Shown: positions 18,143-28,232, counted from the first letter of the stretch. The stretch: 64,000 nt of DNA from Planctomycetota bacterium (GCA_965228735.1 OZ245838.1:4992001-5056000); one strand, 5' to 3'. The notes: generated by a model not told the origin, from the letters alone. Translations and numbers: made by a program.

Positions 18143-19818
18143 CAGCGCAGAGACGGGTACCACATCAGTTCGACGCCAGGCCACAGTCGCTGCAGCGCGT
18201 CGAGGTCCTTCGTCTCGTCGTCGTAGCGCACGTCGACCCACGCGAGCTGCAGCACGTCGAGCGGCTGCTCGGCCAGCGCGCGCAGGGCGGCGACGTCGAT
18301 CGGTTCCGCGGTGTTGAGGACGAGATGGCGCAGCCGCGGCAGAGTTTGCAGGTGGCGAACGCCAGCCGACGTCACGGCGATCGGCCCGCCGGTCTCGCCG
18401 TCGCCGATTGGCACCGGGTCGCGATCCGGGTAGCTGCCGACGTCGAGTTCTTCGAGCTGCTTCAGGTTCGCGAACTCACCCAAGGCGTCGTCGTCGATCC
18501 ATGACTGGCCGCGCAGCCGCAGGACCGTGAGGCCCTCGTGCCGAGCGATCGATGCGACGCACGCCGGCGTCAGAGCCGGGCAGTCCGACAGGTCGAGTTG
18601 CTCGAGCGTCGGCCGTTCGCCGAGCTCACGAACGTCATTGTCGTCGATGCGCCAGCAGTAGCGCAGATCGAGTCGTTGGAGCTGCGTCAGATGCGCCGGG
18701 ATGCGGTCGACCTCGGGGCACTCGGTGAGCGTCAGGCGCTGCAGCGAGGCAGGCAACGCGTCGAGTCCGGCGGCGGTCACCTGATGGCATCGCGGCACGT
18801 TGAGCTCCTCGAGTTGCTCCGCGCGCGCGAGGTGCCGCAGCCCCCGATCGCTGATCGCGCGCCGACTGCCGACCGACAGCTCGCGCAGCAGCGGCAGCCT
18901 GGCGATCACCTCGAGCACAGCGTCGGTGACGGCGTCCGTGCTGGCGTTGGGCCATGCGCCCTCGACGGTCCCGCGTCGTTCGCCCGCGAGATACCACGGC
19001 GCCGACAGGTCGAGCACCTGCAGCGTCGCGTGCTGCGCGAGCGCGAGATAGCCGGCCTCGGTCAGCCGATACGTGCCGCGCAGCCGCAGCTCGTCCAGCC
19101 GCATGCGGTCGAGCAGGCTGGCGAGCGCGCGATCGTCGACGTCGCCGCGGGCCTCGAGGCAGAGTCGCCGAACGCCGCCGAGCTGCGCGATCGCGTCGAT
19201 GTGGTCGCGAGAGAGCACGTCCACGCGACGCACCGACAGCTCCCCGAGGTTGGGCAGTTGCCGCAACGCCTCGATCACCTCGACCGCGAACTCGTCGAGC
19301 GCGACGAAGTGTACGGCGCGCAGTCGGGGCAGGTGCTCGAACACCTCCGTGACGGCGCTCGGCATCGGATACGGACGGAACCACATGCCGCCGTCGTCCA
19401 TGACCCCACTGATGGTCAGCGTCTCGATTCGCGGCAGCTCGCGGAGCAGCGCGTAGTCGTCCCGTCGCAGGCGACGGCACTCGACGTTCGTCGCGTCGCG
19501 CGGCAGCTCGCGGATCTCGGCGGCCGAGTGCACCACGGACGCGCCCGGCGTGGCGGGCGGTCCCTGCGTCGACTGCCACGACGGCCGCGTGACCGGTTGC
19601 GCGGTTCTTCGGTCCGTGCTGACCGCGACGCCGTAGACGGCAGCGATCGCGAGCAGCATCGAGATCGCGGCGAACAACCGTGGAGATCGCGTCTGCGCCG
19701 ACCGCATGGTGTCGCTGCGGCGCGTCTCACCCGGCTGCATGCCGGCCGACCCGCGCAGGACTTCCTCCAGCGTGATCTCGAGGTGCCGGTCGTAGACCTC
19801 GTCTTCGATCGTCTTCAT
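18142..19818 (-). CDS. Membrane-anchored leucine-rich-repeat protein (putative anti-sigma factor)
   Basis: ATGA overlap with the ECF stop; one TM; repeats such as LQRLDLRYCWRIDD, LEQLDLSDCPALT, LEELNVPRCHQVT. Confidence 0.85.
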   Translation of the reverse strand: MKTIEDEVYDRHLEITLEEVLRGSAGMQPGETRRSDTMRSAQTRSPRLFAAISMLLAIAAVYGVAVSTDRRTAQPVTRPSWQSTQGPPATPGASVVHSAAEIRELPRDATNVECRRLRRDDYALLRELPRIETLTISGVMDDGGMWFRPYPMPSAVTEVFEHLPRLRAVHFVALDEFAVEVIEALRQLPNLGELSVRRVDVLSRDHIDAIAQLGGVRRLCLEARGDVDDRALASLLDRMRLDELRLRGTYRLTEAGYLALAQHATLQVLDLSAPWYLAGERRGTVEGAWPNASTDAVTDAVLEVIARLPLLRELSVGSRRAISDRGLRHLARAEQLEELNVPRCHQVTAAGLDALPASLQRLTLTECPEVDRIPAHLTQLQRLDLRYCWRIDDNDVRELGERPTLEQLDLSDCPALTPACVASIARHEGLTVLRLRGQSWIDDDALGEFANLKQLEELDVGSYPDRDPVPIGDGETGGPIAVTSAGVRHLQTLPRLRHLVLNTAEPIDVAALRALAEQPLDVLQLAWVDVRYDDETKDLDALQRLWPGVELMWYPSLR

Positions 19819-20357
19819 GCGTCTTCTCCTGGGTGGCGACGAACGCCGACCCGCTGCTCGATGCACGCTCGCAGCGCGGTTCGGGCCCGCCGCAGCAACG
19901 TCTTGATCCCGTTCCGCCGCAGCCCGAGAACGGCCGCGGCCTCGTCGTGTGACAGGCGATCCCGATACACCGCATCGACCGCCCGCCGGGCCCGGTCCCC
20001 GAGCTGTTCGGTGCAGCGACGAACCGCATCGAGCCACGCGTCGTTCGCCGGCAGCCGTTCGAAGTGCGACTCGACGGCATCGAGCCAGGCCGGATCCGCG
20101 ACGGCAACGCGCCGCCGCCCACGCCGTGCTTCTTCGAGCAGCAGGAATCGAGCCGACCGCCGGAGCCAGGTTCGTGCCTGTGCCGTCGTCGCGAACGTGA
20201 CCTGCTTGCGAACGGCCAACAACAGGGTCTCCTGCGTCAGATCCGCGGCGAGCTCTTCATCGGCACCAGCGACCCGCAGAAAGCGCCGCATCTCGCCCGC
20301 ATGGGCAGCGAGGCCGGCGGCCTCGATCGGCGGATGGGGGGAGCGGGTGGCGGACAT
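19815..20357 (-). CDS. ECF-type sigma-70 factor
   Basis: AADLTQETLL, RTWLRRSAR; region 4 LSHDEAAAVLGLRRNGIKTLLRRARTALRACIE. Confidence 0.85.
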   Translation of the reverse strand: MSATRSPHPPIEAAGLAAHAGEMRRFLRVAGADEELAADLTQETLLLAVRKQVTFATTAQARTWLRRSARFLLLEEARRGRRRVAVADPAWLDAVESHFERLPANDAWLDAVRRCTEQLGDRARRAVDAVYRDRLSHDEAAAVLGLRRNGIKTLLRRARTALRACIEQRVGVRRHPGEDA

Positions 20358-20474
20358 GTCGGTTCGGTGGCGACCGGTATTGGGATGACCGAAACCGGCG
20401 GCGAGGGGTTCAACGAAATCCGGGTTCGTTCCGCCCGTAACGCCGGTGATCGCCACGGCTATGACCGAGGTCGG

Positions 20475-21992
20475 ATGCGAGAGTCACATTGCAGCGATGC
20501 CAGAAGGTGGGAACCGGCGACCGCTTCGAGCTGGTCGCTGTTCGTCACGGTCGGGATCGTTGCTGCTGGTGCTGCGGCCTTGCATGAGCGGTCGCCGGCA
20601 TTCGCTATTGCCGCCGCGGCCGCCGTTGCCGTTGCCAACGCTGCCGGCGCGATTCTGTTGCGGCGGCGTAGGCCGGCCGAACTCGGATCACTGCGCGTCC
20701 TGCGTTTGCTGGTCTACGTCTGGCTCGGGGCGGTCGGTGTTGCCTCGCTCGCTGTCGCGTCGGGTTGGCTTGCTGCGGACAAGTACGACGAGCGGGTAGT
20801 CGTCCTGACGGTCGCCGGCACTCTCCACGCGGGCGTGCTGCTCGGCGCGACCTTGTGGCCCGGCATCGTTCGCGCCTGTTTCGGTCGGCTGCGGCCCGTC
20901 GACGTCGCGCTGAGCACTTGCGCCATCGCGCTGATCGGTCTCGAGCTGGCGCTGGTTCTCTGGGGTCGACTGTGGCCGTCACCGTTGGTCTGGGACGAGG
21001 CCTCGGCCGTCGCGCGGTTGGAGGCCGAACGGCTGCCGCCGGGCACGCGACTGTTCGGCTTTCCCGTGAACAGTCGCGGGTATCACGATGAGGAGTTCTT
21101 CGTTCGAAGGCCGGGCGACCTGGTTGCATGCGTGGTGGCGGATTCGTTCGGGGTCGGCGTCGTGCCGTACGACCACAACTTCGTCACGGTCGCCGAACGT
21201 CGACTCGCGGACGCAGTGGGGCCGAGCTTCGATCGTGTCGCGCTGCACAACTTCGGCGTCGCGTCGATCGGAGTGCAGCAGTACGTCCATCTGGTCGACC
21301 ACGAAGTGCTCGACCTGGACCCGGATCTCGTCGTCGTCGCCCTCTTCATCGGCAACGACGTTCTCCACGGCGGCCTCCGGAACGAGCCGCGCAAGTATTC
21401 GACGTTTCAGCGCTGGGCAATCTGGCGAGTCTGGACGCGGCTGCTGCAGCGGCAGCGCGTCATGCGGGAGGAGCCGGCGCTCGCCGAGATCGGTAGAAAG
21501 AAGATCACGAACCCGCCGTTCCTCGCGGACCCCGAGCTCGAGCAGCCGCACATGTCCGAGGCGCGGTTCCTCACGCTCGAGCGCGAACGTTTCGACGTCG
21601 TTCGGGTCGATCGCCCGGACGTCGCCGCGAAGTACGACCGGCTCTTCGTTGCGCTCGACTACTTGCGTGATCGCCTGCCGGATCGACTCCTCGTCCTGCT
21701 GATTCCCGACGAGTTCCAGATCAACGATGCCCTCTATCGTGACATCGTCGCCGCGGACCCGAGTGCTTCGCAGTGCGATCGCCAGGCGCCGAATCGCCGC
21801 ATCGCCGACTACTGCGCGCAGTTGGGTGTGCCGGTCCTGGATCTGTTGCCGGCGCTACGCGAGCACGTTCGCGCGGGTGGGGCGCGTCCGTATCACCTGC
21901 GCGATACGCACTGGAACGCGATCGGCAATCGGGTCGCCGGGGACGCTCTGGCTGCCTGGATCGCTGCCTGGGTGCGGTCGCGGTCGAAGTAG
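20475..21992 (+). CDS. Membrane-anchored SGNH/GDSL hydrolase-like (AlgX-like) protein
   Basis: N-terminal TMs; NSRGYHD, ADSFGVG, FIGND, DTHWN motifs; start uncertain. Confidence 0.75.
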   Translation: MRESHCSDARRWEPATASSWSLFVTVGIVAAGAAALHERSPAFAIAAAAAVAVANAAGAILLRRRRPAELGSLRVLRLLVYVWLGAVGVASLAVASGWLAADKYDERVVVLTVAGTLHAGVLLGATLWPGIVRACFGRLRPVDVALSTCAIALIGLELALVLWGRLWPSPLVWDEASAVARLEAERLPPGTRLFGFPVNSRGYHDEEFFVRRPGDLVACVVADSFGVGVVPYDHNFVTVAERRLADAVGPSFDRVALHNFGVASIGVQQYVHLVDHEVLDLDPDLVVVALFIGNDVLHGGLRNEPRKYSTFQRWAIWRVWTRLLQRQRVMREEPALAEIGRKKITNPPFLADPELEQPHMSEARFLTLERERFDVVRVDRPDVAAKYDRLFVALDYLRDRLPDRLLVLLIPDEFQINDALYRDIVAADPSASQCDRQAPNRRIADYCAQLGVPVLDLLPALREHVRAGGARPYHLRDTHWNAIGNRVAGDALAAWIAAWVRSRSK

Positions 21993-22008
21993 TGTTCGAA
22001 CCTGCACG

Positions 22009-22086
22009 TGGTACGCCCGGAGGGACTCGAACCCCCGACATCCTCCTTGTAAGGGAGGCGCTCTGAACCAACTGAGCTACGGGCGT
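22009..22086 (-). tRNA. tRNA-Val (TAC)
   Basis: Minus strand ACGCCCG..GCTCAGTTGGTTCAGAGC..CCTCC-CT TAC AA-GGAGG..GGTTCGAGTCC..CGGGCGT-ACCA. Confidence 0.97.
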
Positions 22087-22148
22087 GCGCGCGGCAGAGC
22101 GTAGCCACGCGCGCGCCGATCAACTAGCTCGGATCGATTCGAGATCGG

Positions 22149-22430
22149 TCAGTCCGTGCGCTTGGGCACGAGCTGGGTCGACGAATCGCCCCACCAGGGC
22201 CAGACGCCGAACGCGGCCTGGAACGGGAAGGTGACGCAGTCGAACGCGAAGCCGCCGACGATGACCGGGAGGCCGACGATCGCGCGGAAGCCGTAGGACT
22301 CGGCGGCGTCGTCCGGCTTGTCGTAGATCGACGGCTGGTTGTAGGCCCAGCGCACGCCGTTGACGGTGCCGCACGCCGGCAGGGTGAAGAGCGCGAGCAG
22401 GAGCAGCGCGGGGTAGATTCGGGTTTTCAT
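22149..22430 (-). CDS. Small lipoprotein (YceK/YidQ-like)
   Basis: LPAC lipobox followed by GT; FDCVTFPF segment. Confidence 0.75.
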   Translation of the reverse strand: MKTRIYPALLLLALFTLPACGTVNGVRWAYNQPSIYDKPDDAAESYGFRAIVGLPVIVGGFAFDCVTFPFQAAFGVWPWWGDSSTQLVPKRTD

Positions 22431-22620
22431 CGGTAGGCTCGTTGCCGTCGGTTTTGGCGGCTTCTCGGGTCCTTCGGCGCCGATGTTTCGGGGGCTTGAT
22501 CCGGTCCGTCCAGGCGCCGTGACATGGGCGCTTGGGGACCGGGGGCCGAGGGCCGCGATCTCGAATCGATACGAAAGCTCGACGGTCGATCCAGCCCGGT
22601 CCAGCCGGCGACTGGGCCGA

Positions 22621-23460
22621 CTAACCGAAGCGGCCTTCGATGTAGTCCGACGTCTCCTTCTGCTGCGGCGCCACGAACATCTGTTCGGTCGCGGTGTGCT
22701 CGACGACCTTGCCGAGCAGCATGAACACGCACTCGTCGCTGGCGCGGCGGGCCTGGGCCATGTTGTGCGTGACGATCAGGATCGAGTACTTGCCGCGCAG
22801 CTCCCAGATGAGCTCTTCGACGGCGGCGGTCGCCTCGGGGTCGAGCGCCGAGCACGGCTCGTCCATGAGCAGCAGGGTGGGCTTGGTCGGCAGCAGGCGC
22901 GCGATGCAGAGCTTCTGCTGCTCTTCGAGCGACAGGCTCGTGGCCTTGGTCGACAGCCGGTCCTTGACGCGGTCCCAGAGCAGCACCTGGCGCAGCGCCT
23001 GCTCGACGAGCGCGTCCTCGTCGGCGCGCGTGCACTTCGCGGTGCGGTGCAGGCGGTGACCGAAGAGCACGTTGTCGCGCACGGACAGCGGCAGCGGGTT
23101 GGGGCGCTGGAACACCATGCCGATGTGGCGACGCACCTGGATGGGTGAACTGTGCGGGCCGTAGATGTCCTCGCCGTGCACCCGGATCGTGCCGGTCGTG
23201 CGCACGTAGCCGAGGCGTTCGTTGATCCGGTTGACGCTGCGGAGCAGGGTGGACTTGCCGCAGCCCGACGGGCCGATCATCGACGTGACGATGCCGGGGC
23301 GAATGTCGAGGTTGACGTCGTGCAGCGCCTGGAAGTCGCCGTACCAGAGGTTCATGTCCCGGACCTCGATCGCGGCGTGCTCCTGACGGGTCGCGCTCGC
23401 GTTGGCCTTGCCGGTGGCAATCGCCGGCTCGGTGGCGGGTTGGAATTCGGGATCAGCCAA
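22621..23460 (-). CDS. pstB: Phosphate ABC transporter ATP-binding protein
   Basis: GPSGCGKST, VFQRPNP, LMDEPCSALDP, VTHNMAQA, DYIEGRFG. Confidence 0.95.
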   Translation of the reverse strand: MADPEFQPATEPAIATGKANASATRQEHAAIEVRDMNLWYGDFQALHDVNLDIRPGIVTSMIGPSGCGKSTLLRSVNRINERLGYVRTTGTIRVHGEDIYGPHSSPIQVRRHIGMVFQRPNPLPLSVRDNVLFGHRLHRTAKCTRADEDALVEQALRQVLLWDRVKDRLSTKATSLSLEEQQKLCIARLLPTKPTLLLMDEPCSALDPEATAAVEELIWELRGKYSILIVTHNMAQARRASDECVFMLLGKVVEHTATEQMFVAPQQKETSDYIEGRFG

Positions 23461-24250
23461 AACGGCCCTCCAGGTAGTCCTTGGTGCGCTGGTCCTGGTC
23501 GCGCCCTTGGAACAACGCTTCGGTGTCGTCGACCTCGACGCATTCCCCCTTGAGGAAGAACGCGGTCCGGTTGGCGAGGCGGCGAGCCTGCTGCACGAGG
23601 TTGGTGACGAGCACGATGGTCATCTCCTGGCGCAGCTGCTTGAGGACCTCCTCGATGCGCATCGTCGTGACCGGGTCGACCGCGATCGAGAACTCGTCGA
23701 GCAACAGCAGCTCCGGGTCCTGCGACAGCGCGCGCGCGATCGTCAGGCGTTGCTGCTGGCCGCCGCTGAGCAGCGAACCGAGGCTCTTGAGGCGGTCCTT
23801 CACCTCGTCCCAGAGTGCTGCGCGGGTGAGGCAACGTTCGACGATGGTGTTGAGCTCGGCCTTCTTGCGCACGCCTCGCAGGCGGGGCGCCAGAGCGACG
23901 TTGTCGTAGATCGACAGCGGCAGGCCGACCGGCAGCGGGAAGACCACGCCGATCATCCGCCGCAGGGCGTAGAGGTTGCGAACGGTCGAGATGTCACGCC
24001 CGGCGAACGTGATGCGGCCGCCGACGCGCATGCCGTGCTCGAACTCGTCCATGCGGTTGAGCGCGCGCAGGAACGACGTCTTGCCGGAGTTGGCCGGGCC
24101 GATGATCCCGAAGATCTCGTTGCGGCGGACCTCGAAGTCGACGCCCGCGAGCGCCGTCTTGTTGCCGTAGTGGATCGAGAGGTCCTCGACGCGCAGCAGC
24201 GTGTCGTGGTCCGCTGCCGGCCGGTCGGGTGCGTTGGCAGTGGCTACCAC
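23453..24250 (-). CDS. pstB: Phosphate ABC transporter ATP-binding protein (second copy)
   Basis: GPANSGKTS, LSGGQQQRL, LLDE, DYLEGRFG; GTG 24250 overlaps the end of pstA. Confidence 0.92.
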   Translation of the reverse strand: MVATANAPDRPAADHDTLLRVEDLSIHYGNKTALAGVDFEVRRNEIFGIIGPANSGKTSFLRALNRMDEFEHGMRVGGRITFAGRDISTVRNLYALRRMIGVVFPLPVGLPLSIYDNVALAPRLRGVRKKAELNTIVERCLTRAALWDEVKDRLKSLGSLLSGGQQQRLTIARALSQDPELLLLDEFSIAVDPVTTMRIEEVLKQLRQEMTIVLVTNLVQQARRLANRTAFFLKGECVEVDDTEALFQGRDQDQRTKDYLEGRFG

Positions 24251-25152
24251 TTCTTCTTCCCCCGGAGCTTCATGCGGAAGTAGATCGCCACCGCGTTCAT
24301 CGACAGGACCACGAGGATCAGCGTGAGCGCGACGGTGAACGGGATGTGATCCGGCACACCCTTGACGTGCATGGACACGCTGTAGAGGTGGTAGGACAGC
24401 GCCATCGACTTGTCGAAGAGGCTGCTCGGATAGAACTGCCGGAAGAACACCGCGCCCGTGAACATGATCGGCGCGGTCTCGCCGACGGCGCGGCAGACCA
24501 CGAGGATCAGGCCGGTGAGGATGCCGGAGCCCGAGTTGGGCAGCACGATCTTCCAGATCGTCTGCCAGCGGGTCGCGCCCATGTTCCAGCACGCGTCGCG
24601 GAACGCGTGCGGGACGGCCTGCAGTGACTCGCGCGTCGACACGATCACCACCGGCAGGGTCATGACCGCGAGCGTGCAGCCGGCCGCGAGCACCGATTTG
24701 CCGAACTGCATGAAGTAGACGAACGCGCCGATGCCGAACAGCGCGTGCACGATCGACGGCACGCCCGCGAGGTTGACGATCGCGATGTTGATCGTGCGGG
24801 TCAGCCAGTTGTCGCGCGCGTACTCGCTGAGGTAGATCGCGGCGGCGACGCCGAGCGGCAGCGAGAACGCCAACGCCACGGCCGTCATCCAGACCGTGCC
24901 GACGAGCGCCGTCGAGATGCCGCCCGCGGCGCCGTTGTCGGTTGGCTTGGTCGTGAGGAACTCCCAGGTCAGCCCGGGCGCGCCCTCGACGACCAGCACC
25001 GCGAGGATGCCGGCGGCCGGGATCAGCAGCAGCAGTGTGACGGCGAGGAAACCGAGCCGCACGAGCCGCTGGACGCTGAGCGCCTTCGTCTCGTTGGCGG
25101 AGGCGGCGAACACCCGTTCGGTGGTCGCGCCGGAGGCGTCGATGCTGGTCAT
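24244..25152 (-). CDS. pstA: Phosphate ABC transporter permease
   Basis: AIYLSEYA, NLAGVPSIVHALFG, GATRWQTI, RAVGETAP. Confidence 0.95.
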   Translation of the reverse strand: MTSIDASGATTERVFAASANETKALSVQRLVRLGFLAVTLLLLIPAAGILAVLVVEGAPGLTWEFLTTKPTDNGAAGGISTALVGTVWMTAVALAFSLPLGVAAAIYLSEYARDNWLTRTINIAIVNLAGVPSIVHALFGIGAFVYFMQFGKSVLAAGCTLAVMTLPVVIVSTRESLQAVPHAFRDACWNMGATRWQTIWKIVLPNSGSGILTGLILVVCRAVGETAPIMFTGAVFFRQFYPSSLFDKSMALSYHLYSVSMHVKGVPDHIPFTVALTLILVVLSMNAVAIYFRMKLRGKKKW

Positions 25153-26147
25153 TTGGCGCTCCTCCGCCCGCGGACGATGCGATCGGCGATCAGGTTGACG
25201 CTGAACGTGATCAGGAACAGCAGCAGGCCGAGAACGAACAGGACCTGGTAGTGGTCGCTGCCGACGGCGGCCTCGCCGAGTTCGGCGGCGATCGTCGCGG
25301 TCAGCGTCGCGGCCGAGTCGAAGACGTCGTCGGGAATCATCAGGCGGTGGCCGGAGGCCATGAGCACGGCGATCGTCTCGCCGAACGCGCGGCCGACACC
25401 GAGCAGCACGGCGGCCGACAGGCCCGGGCGAGCGTGCGGCAGGACCACCTTGCGGATGACCTGCCAGCGCGTGGCGCCGAGCGACTCGGCGGCTTCGCGG
25501 TGGCTCTCGGGGACCGCTTTGAGCGCGTCCTCCGCGATCGTCGCGATGATCGGCGCCGCCATCAGGCCGAGGATGATGCCCGCGTTGAGCACGTTCAGGC
25601 CGATCTGCACGTCGAAGACGTCCTCGATGATCGGCTTCATCACGTAGAGGCCGATCACGCCCCAGACGACCGACGGGATCGCGGCGAGGATCTCGATGCC
25701 GATCTTGAGCCACTCGCGCTGGCGGCCGCGCGCGAACTCGCCGACGTAGACCGCGGCGGCGAACGCCAGCGGCACGCCGATGATCATGGCGACGGCCGTG
25801 ATCCAGACCGTGCCCATGATCAGCGGGGCGGCGCCGTATTCCGGAGGTTCGACCGTCGGCTCCCAGCGCCCGCCGAACAGCAGGTCGCCGAGGTCCATCC
25901 GGTTCACCATGAACTCCAGGCCCTCCGTGGTGATGAACAGGAAGATCGCGCCGATGAACAGGATCGCGGAGATGCCGCCCAGCAGCACCAGGACGCGCGC
26001 CGCCATGTCGGTGATCCAGGCGCGGTCGCGGCGGTCGAGCGCATCCGCCCAGGCCGCGTCCGCGCTGCTTTGGTCGGCACTGCGCAACAACTCCGGGGTC
26101 GGAGCCTGCGTGGCCTTGGGCTTCTTGTGCATGAGTGGTGCCGTCAC
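25149..26147 (-). CDS. pstC: Phosphate ABC transporter permease
   Basis: EILAAIPSVVWG, EDALKAVP, GRAFGETIAVLM, TLTATIA; start 26147 (GTG) or 26132 (ATG). Confidence 0.95.
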   Translation of the reverse strand: MTAPLMHKKPKATQAPTPELLRSADQSSADAAWADALDRRDRAWITDMAARVLVLLGGISAILFIGAIFLFITTEGLEFMVNRMDLGDLLFGGRWEPTVEPPEYGAAPLIMGTVWITAVAMIIGVPLAFAAAVYVGEFARGRQREWLKIGIEILAAIPSVVWGVIGLYVMKPIIEDVFDVQIGLNVLNAGIILGLMAAPIIATIAEDALKAVPESHREAAESLGATRWQVIRKVVLPHARPGLSAAVLLGVGRAFGETIAVLMASGHRLMIPDDVFDSAATLTATIAAELGEAAVGSDHYQVLFVLGLLLFLITFSVNLIADRIVRGRRSAK

Positions 26148-26149
26148 GG

Positions 26150-27214
26150 TCAGCTGGCCTGGTCTCCGCGCAGGCGCTCCATGAGTTCGCGCAGTTGCGG
26201 GGTGAGCTGGCGGTAGACGAGCTCGGGGCTGGCCGAGGTCTCGATGTCCCAGGCGAGCGCCGTCGTGTGGAACGGCAGGCGCGGCAGGTGTTCGAACGCG
26301 GCTGGCGTCAGGCAGACCACGACGTCGTAGTCGTCGAGCTGCGGCGTGCGTGCCTGCAGGTCCGTGGGCCACGCCGCGCTGAGGTCGAGACCGACGGTCT
26401 CGGCGAAGCGCACGAACGCGGGCGCCACCTCCTCGGCGGGCGACCAGCCGGCGCTCTCGTACTGACCGCTGTTGGGGAACGCCTTCTGCGCGAAGTGTTC
26501 GGCCAGCTGACTCGCGCCGTCGTTGCTCTCGTCGAGGAAGAGCATGCGGAAGGTCTTCTCGCCCTTGGACTGACCCGAAACGACGAAGACCGTCTCTTCG
26601 CAGACGTTCTTGGCCTGGTGGATGACGCGCTCGAGTCGATTGAGCGTGGCCATCAGGCTGAACAGGTCCTTGACCGGGCGGCTTCCGGCCTCGCCCTCGC
26701 GCGCGAGGTCGTCGAACACGCGATCGAAGTAGGGCGCGAACTGGCGCGCCGTCGACAGCACCTTCTTGGCGAGGTTGACGTCGCGTTCGTGGAAGCTGCG
26801 CAGACCGTCGGCGAGCAGACCGCGCGCCTGCTCGCTCATCGTGTTGATGTCGCGCGCGACGGTCTCCGGCGGGCGGTCGGACAGCTGGGCGGCGGTGCGC
26901 GAGATCGTCGCCGCGTAGTCGCCGATGCGCTCGAGCACGATCGCGAGTCGCAGGACCGAGGACACGAGACGCAGGTGGCCGGCGCTCGGCAGATGGCGCG
27001 CGACGAACGCGTGGCAGAGCCGGTCCAGCTCGCGGGTCTGGCGGTTGATCGTGAAGTCGCCGAGGACCGTCTCGGCCGCGAGCTGGCGATCGAGATTCAG
27101 GACCGAGCTGCAGGCGTCGTCGATCGTCGACAGCAGTTGATGGCCGATCTGCTCGACCAGGGTGCGGATCCAGTCGAGATCGCGCTGGAGTCGTTCTTCG
27201 TAGTGGGAGGACAA
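26150..27214 (-). CDS. phoU: PhoU fused to a C-terminal ArsC/LMW-PTP-like domain
   Basis: Two PhoU repeats (LERIGDYA; LERVIHQAKNVCEE); C-terminal MLFLDESNDGASQLAE..ESAGW.P; TTG start with GGAG RBS. Confidence 0.9.
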   Translation of the reverse strand: MSSHYEERLQRDLDWIRTLVEQIGHQLLSTIDDACSSVLNLDRQLAAETVLGDFTINRQTRELDRLCHAFVARHLPSAGHLRLVSSVLRLAIVLERIGDYAATISRTAAQLSDRPPETVARDINTMSEQARGLLADGLRSFHERDVNLAKKVLSTARQFAPYFDRVFDDLAREGEAGSRPVKDLFSLMATLNRLERVIHQAKNVCEETVFVVSGQSKGEKTFRMLFLDESNDGASQLAEHFAQKAFPNSGQYESAGWSPAEEVAPAFVRFAETVGLDLSAAWPTDLQARTPQLDDYDVVVCLTPAAFEHLPRLPFHTTALAWDIETSASPELVYRQLTPQLRELMERLRGDQAS

Positions 27215-27368
27215 CGGCCGGGCTCCATGAGGGGCGATGAGGGCGAGCCGGAATGAGAGTCGATGGCTGCTGCGAAAGCCAGCCAGGCGGGCCGGATGGC
27301 GGGATCTGAGCGGCCCGCCATGCGGCGGGGCGTTTCGGCGCGGCCCCGCGAGCGCGCGCAGGCGCGGG

Positions 27369-28232
27369 CTACTTCTTGAGCGGCACGTAGCCCTTGTCAC
27401 GCAGCACGGCCTGGCCGTCCGTGCCCTTGATCCAGCCGAGGTAGTCGCCGATCGTGCCGGTGGGCTCGCCGTTCGTGTACATGAACAGCGGGCGCGCGAT
27501 CGGGTAGGTCCCGGCCTGCACCGTTTCGATGGTCGGGGCGATCGGGTCCGCACCCGCGCTCGGCGCGATCGGCACGATGCGCACGTCGTCGGTCTTGTAC
27601 GCGAGGCCGCTGTAGCCGATCGCGCTCTTCGAAGCGGCGCAGAACTCGACGACGTCCTTGCTGCCGTTGAGGTTGTTGCAACGCTGCTTGAAGCGCCCCT
27701 TCTTGCCGAGCACCTTCTCGCGGAAGCACTCGTAGGTGCCGCTGTTGTTCTGGCGGCTGCCGAGCTGGATCACGTTGGTGGCGTCGCTGCCCATGTCCAG
27801 GCCGAGGTCCTTCCACGACTCGATCGCGCCGCCCTCACCGAACAGCGCCTTGAGCTGGTCCATCGTCAGCGACTCGAGCGGGTTGTCCTTGTGGACGAAC
27901 ACCGCGATGCCGTCGAAGCCGATCGTGTGCTGCACGGGCTCGACGCCGTTCTTCTGCGCGTTCGCGATCTCCTTGTCCTTGAGCGGGCGGCTGCAGTTGG
28001 CGATCTCGCAGTCGTTGGCGATCAGCGCCGCGACGCCGACACCCGAGCCACCACCCGAGACCGAGATCGGCACTTCGGGGTGGATCGTGCCGTACTTCTC
28101 GGCGAGCGCGCCGGCAACTTCGAGCAGCGTGTCCGAACCGATGTTCTCGATCTCGGCAGCGGCGTTGCTCTCACCGCAGGAAGGCAAAAAGGCGGTCGAG
28201 GCGACCAGGGCGTAGGCGAACAGGTTCTTCAT
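27369..28232 (-). CDS. pstS: Phosphate-binding lipoprotein
   Basis: LPSC lipobox; GSDT, GGGSGVG, SRQNNSGTY, YPIARPL. Confidence 0.95.
   Translation of the reverse strand: MKNLFAYALVASTAFLPSCGESNAAAEIENIGSDTLLEVAGALAEKYGTIHPEVPISVSGGGSGVGVAALIANDCEIANCSRPLKDKEIANAQKNGVEPVQHTIGFDGIAVFVHKDNPLESLTMDQLKALFGEGGAIESWKDLGLDMGSDATNVIQLGSRQNNSGTYECFREKVLGKKGRFKQRCNNLNGSKDVVEFCAASKSAIGYSGLAYKTDDVRIVPIAPSAGADPIAPTIETVQAGTYPIARPLFMYTNGEPTGTIGDYLGWIKGTDGQAVLRDKGYVPLKK

Noticed and set aside
16040..22009. Genomic island integrated at tRNA-Val (Fic, LRR, ECF, SGNH lie downstream of its 3' end)
   Set aside because: I found no duplicated tRNA 3' end and no integrase; it may be an old accretion hotspot but this is unsupported
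22621..24250. Two tandem pstB genes as a novelty
   Set aside because: Duplicate pstB genes are established in several bacterial pst operons
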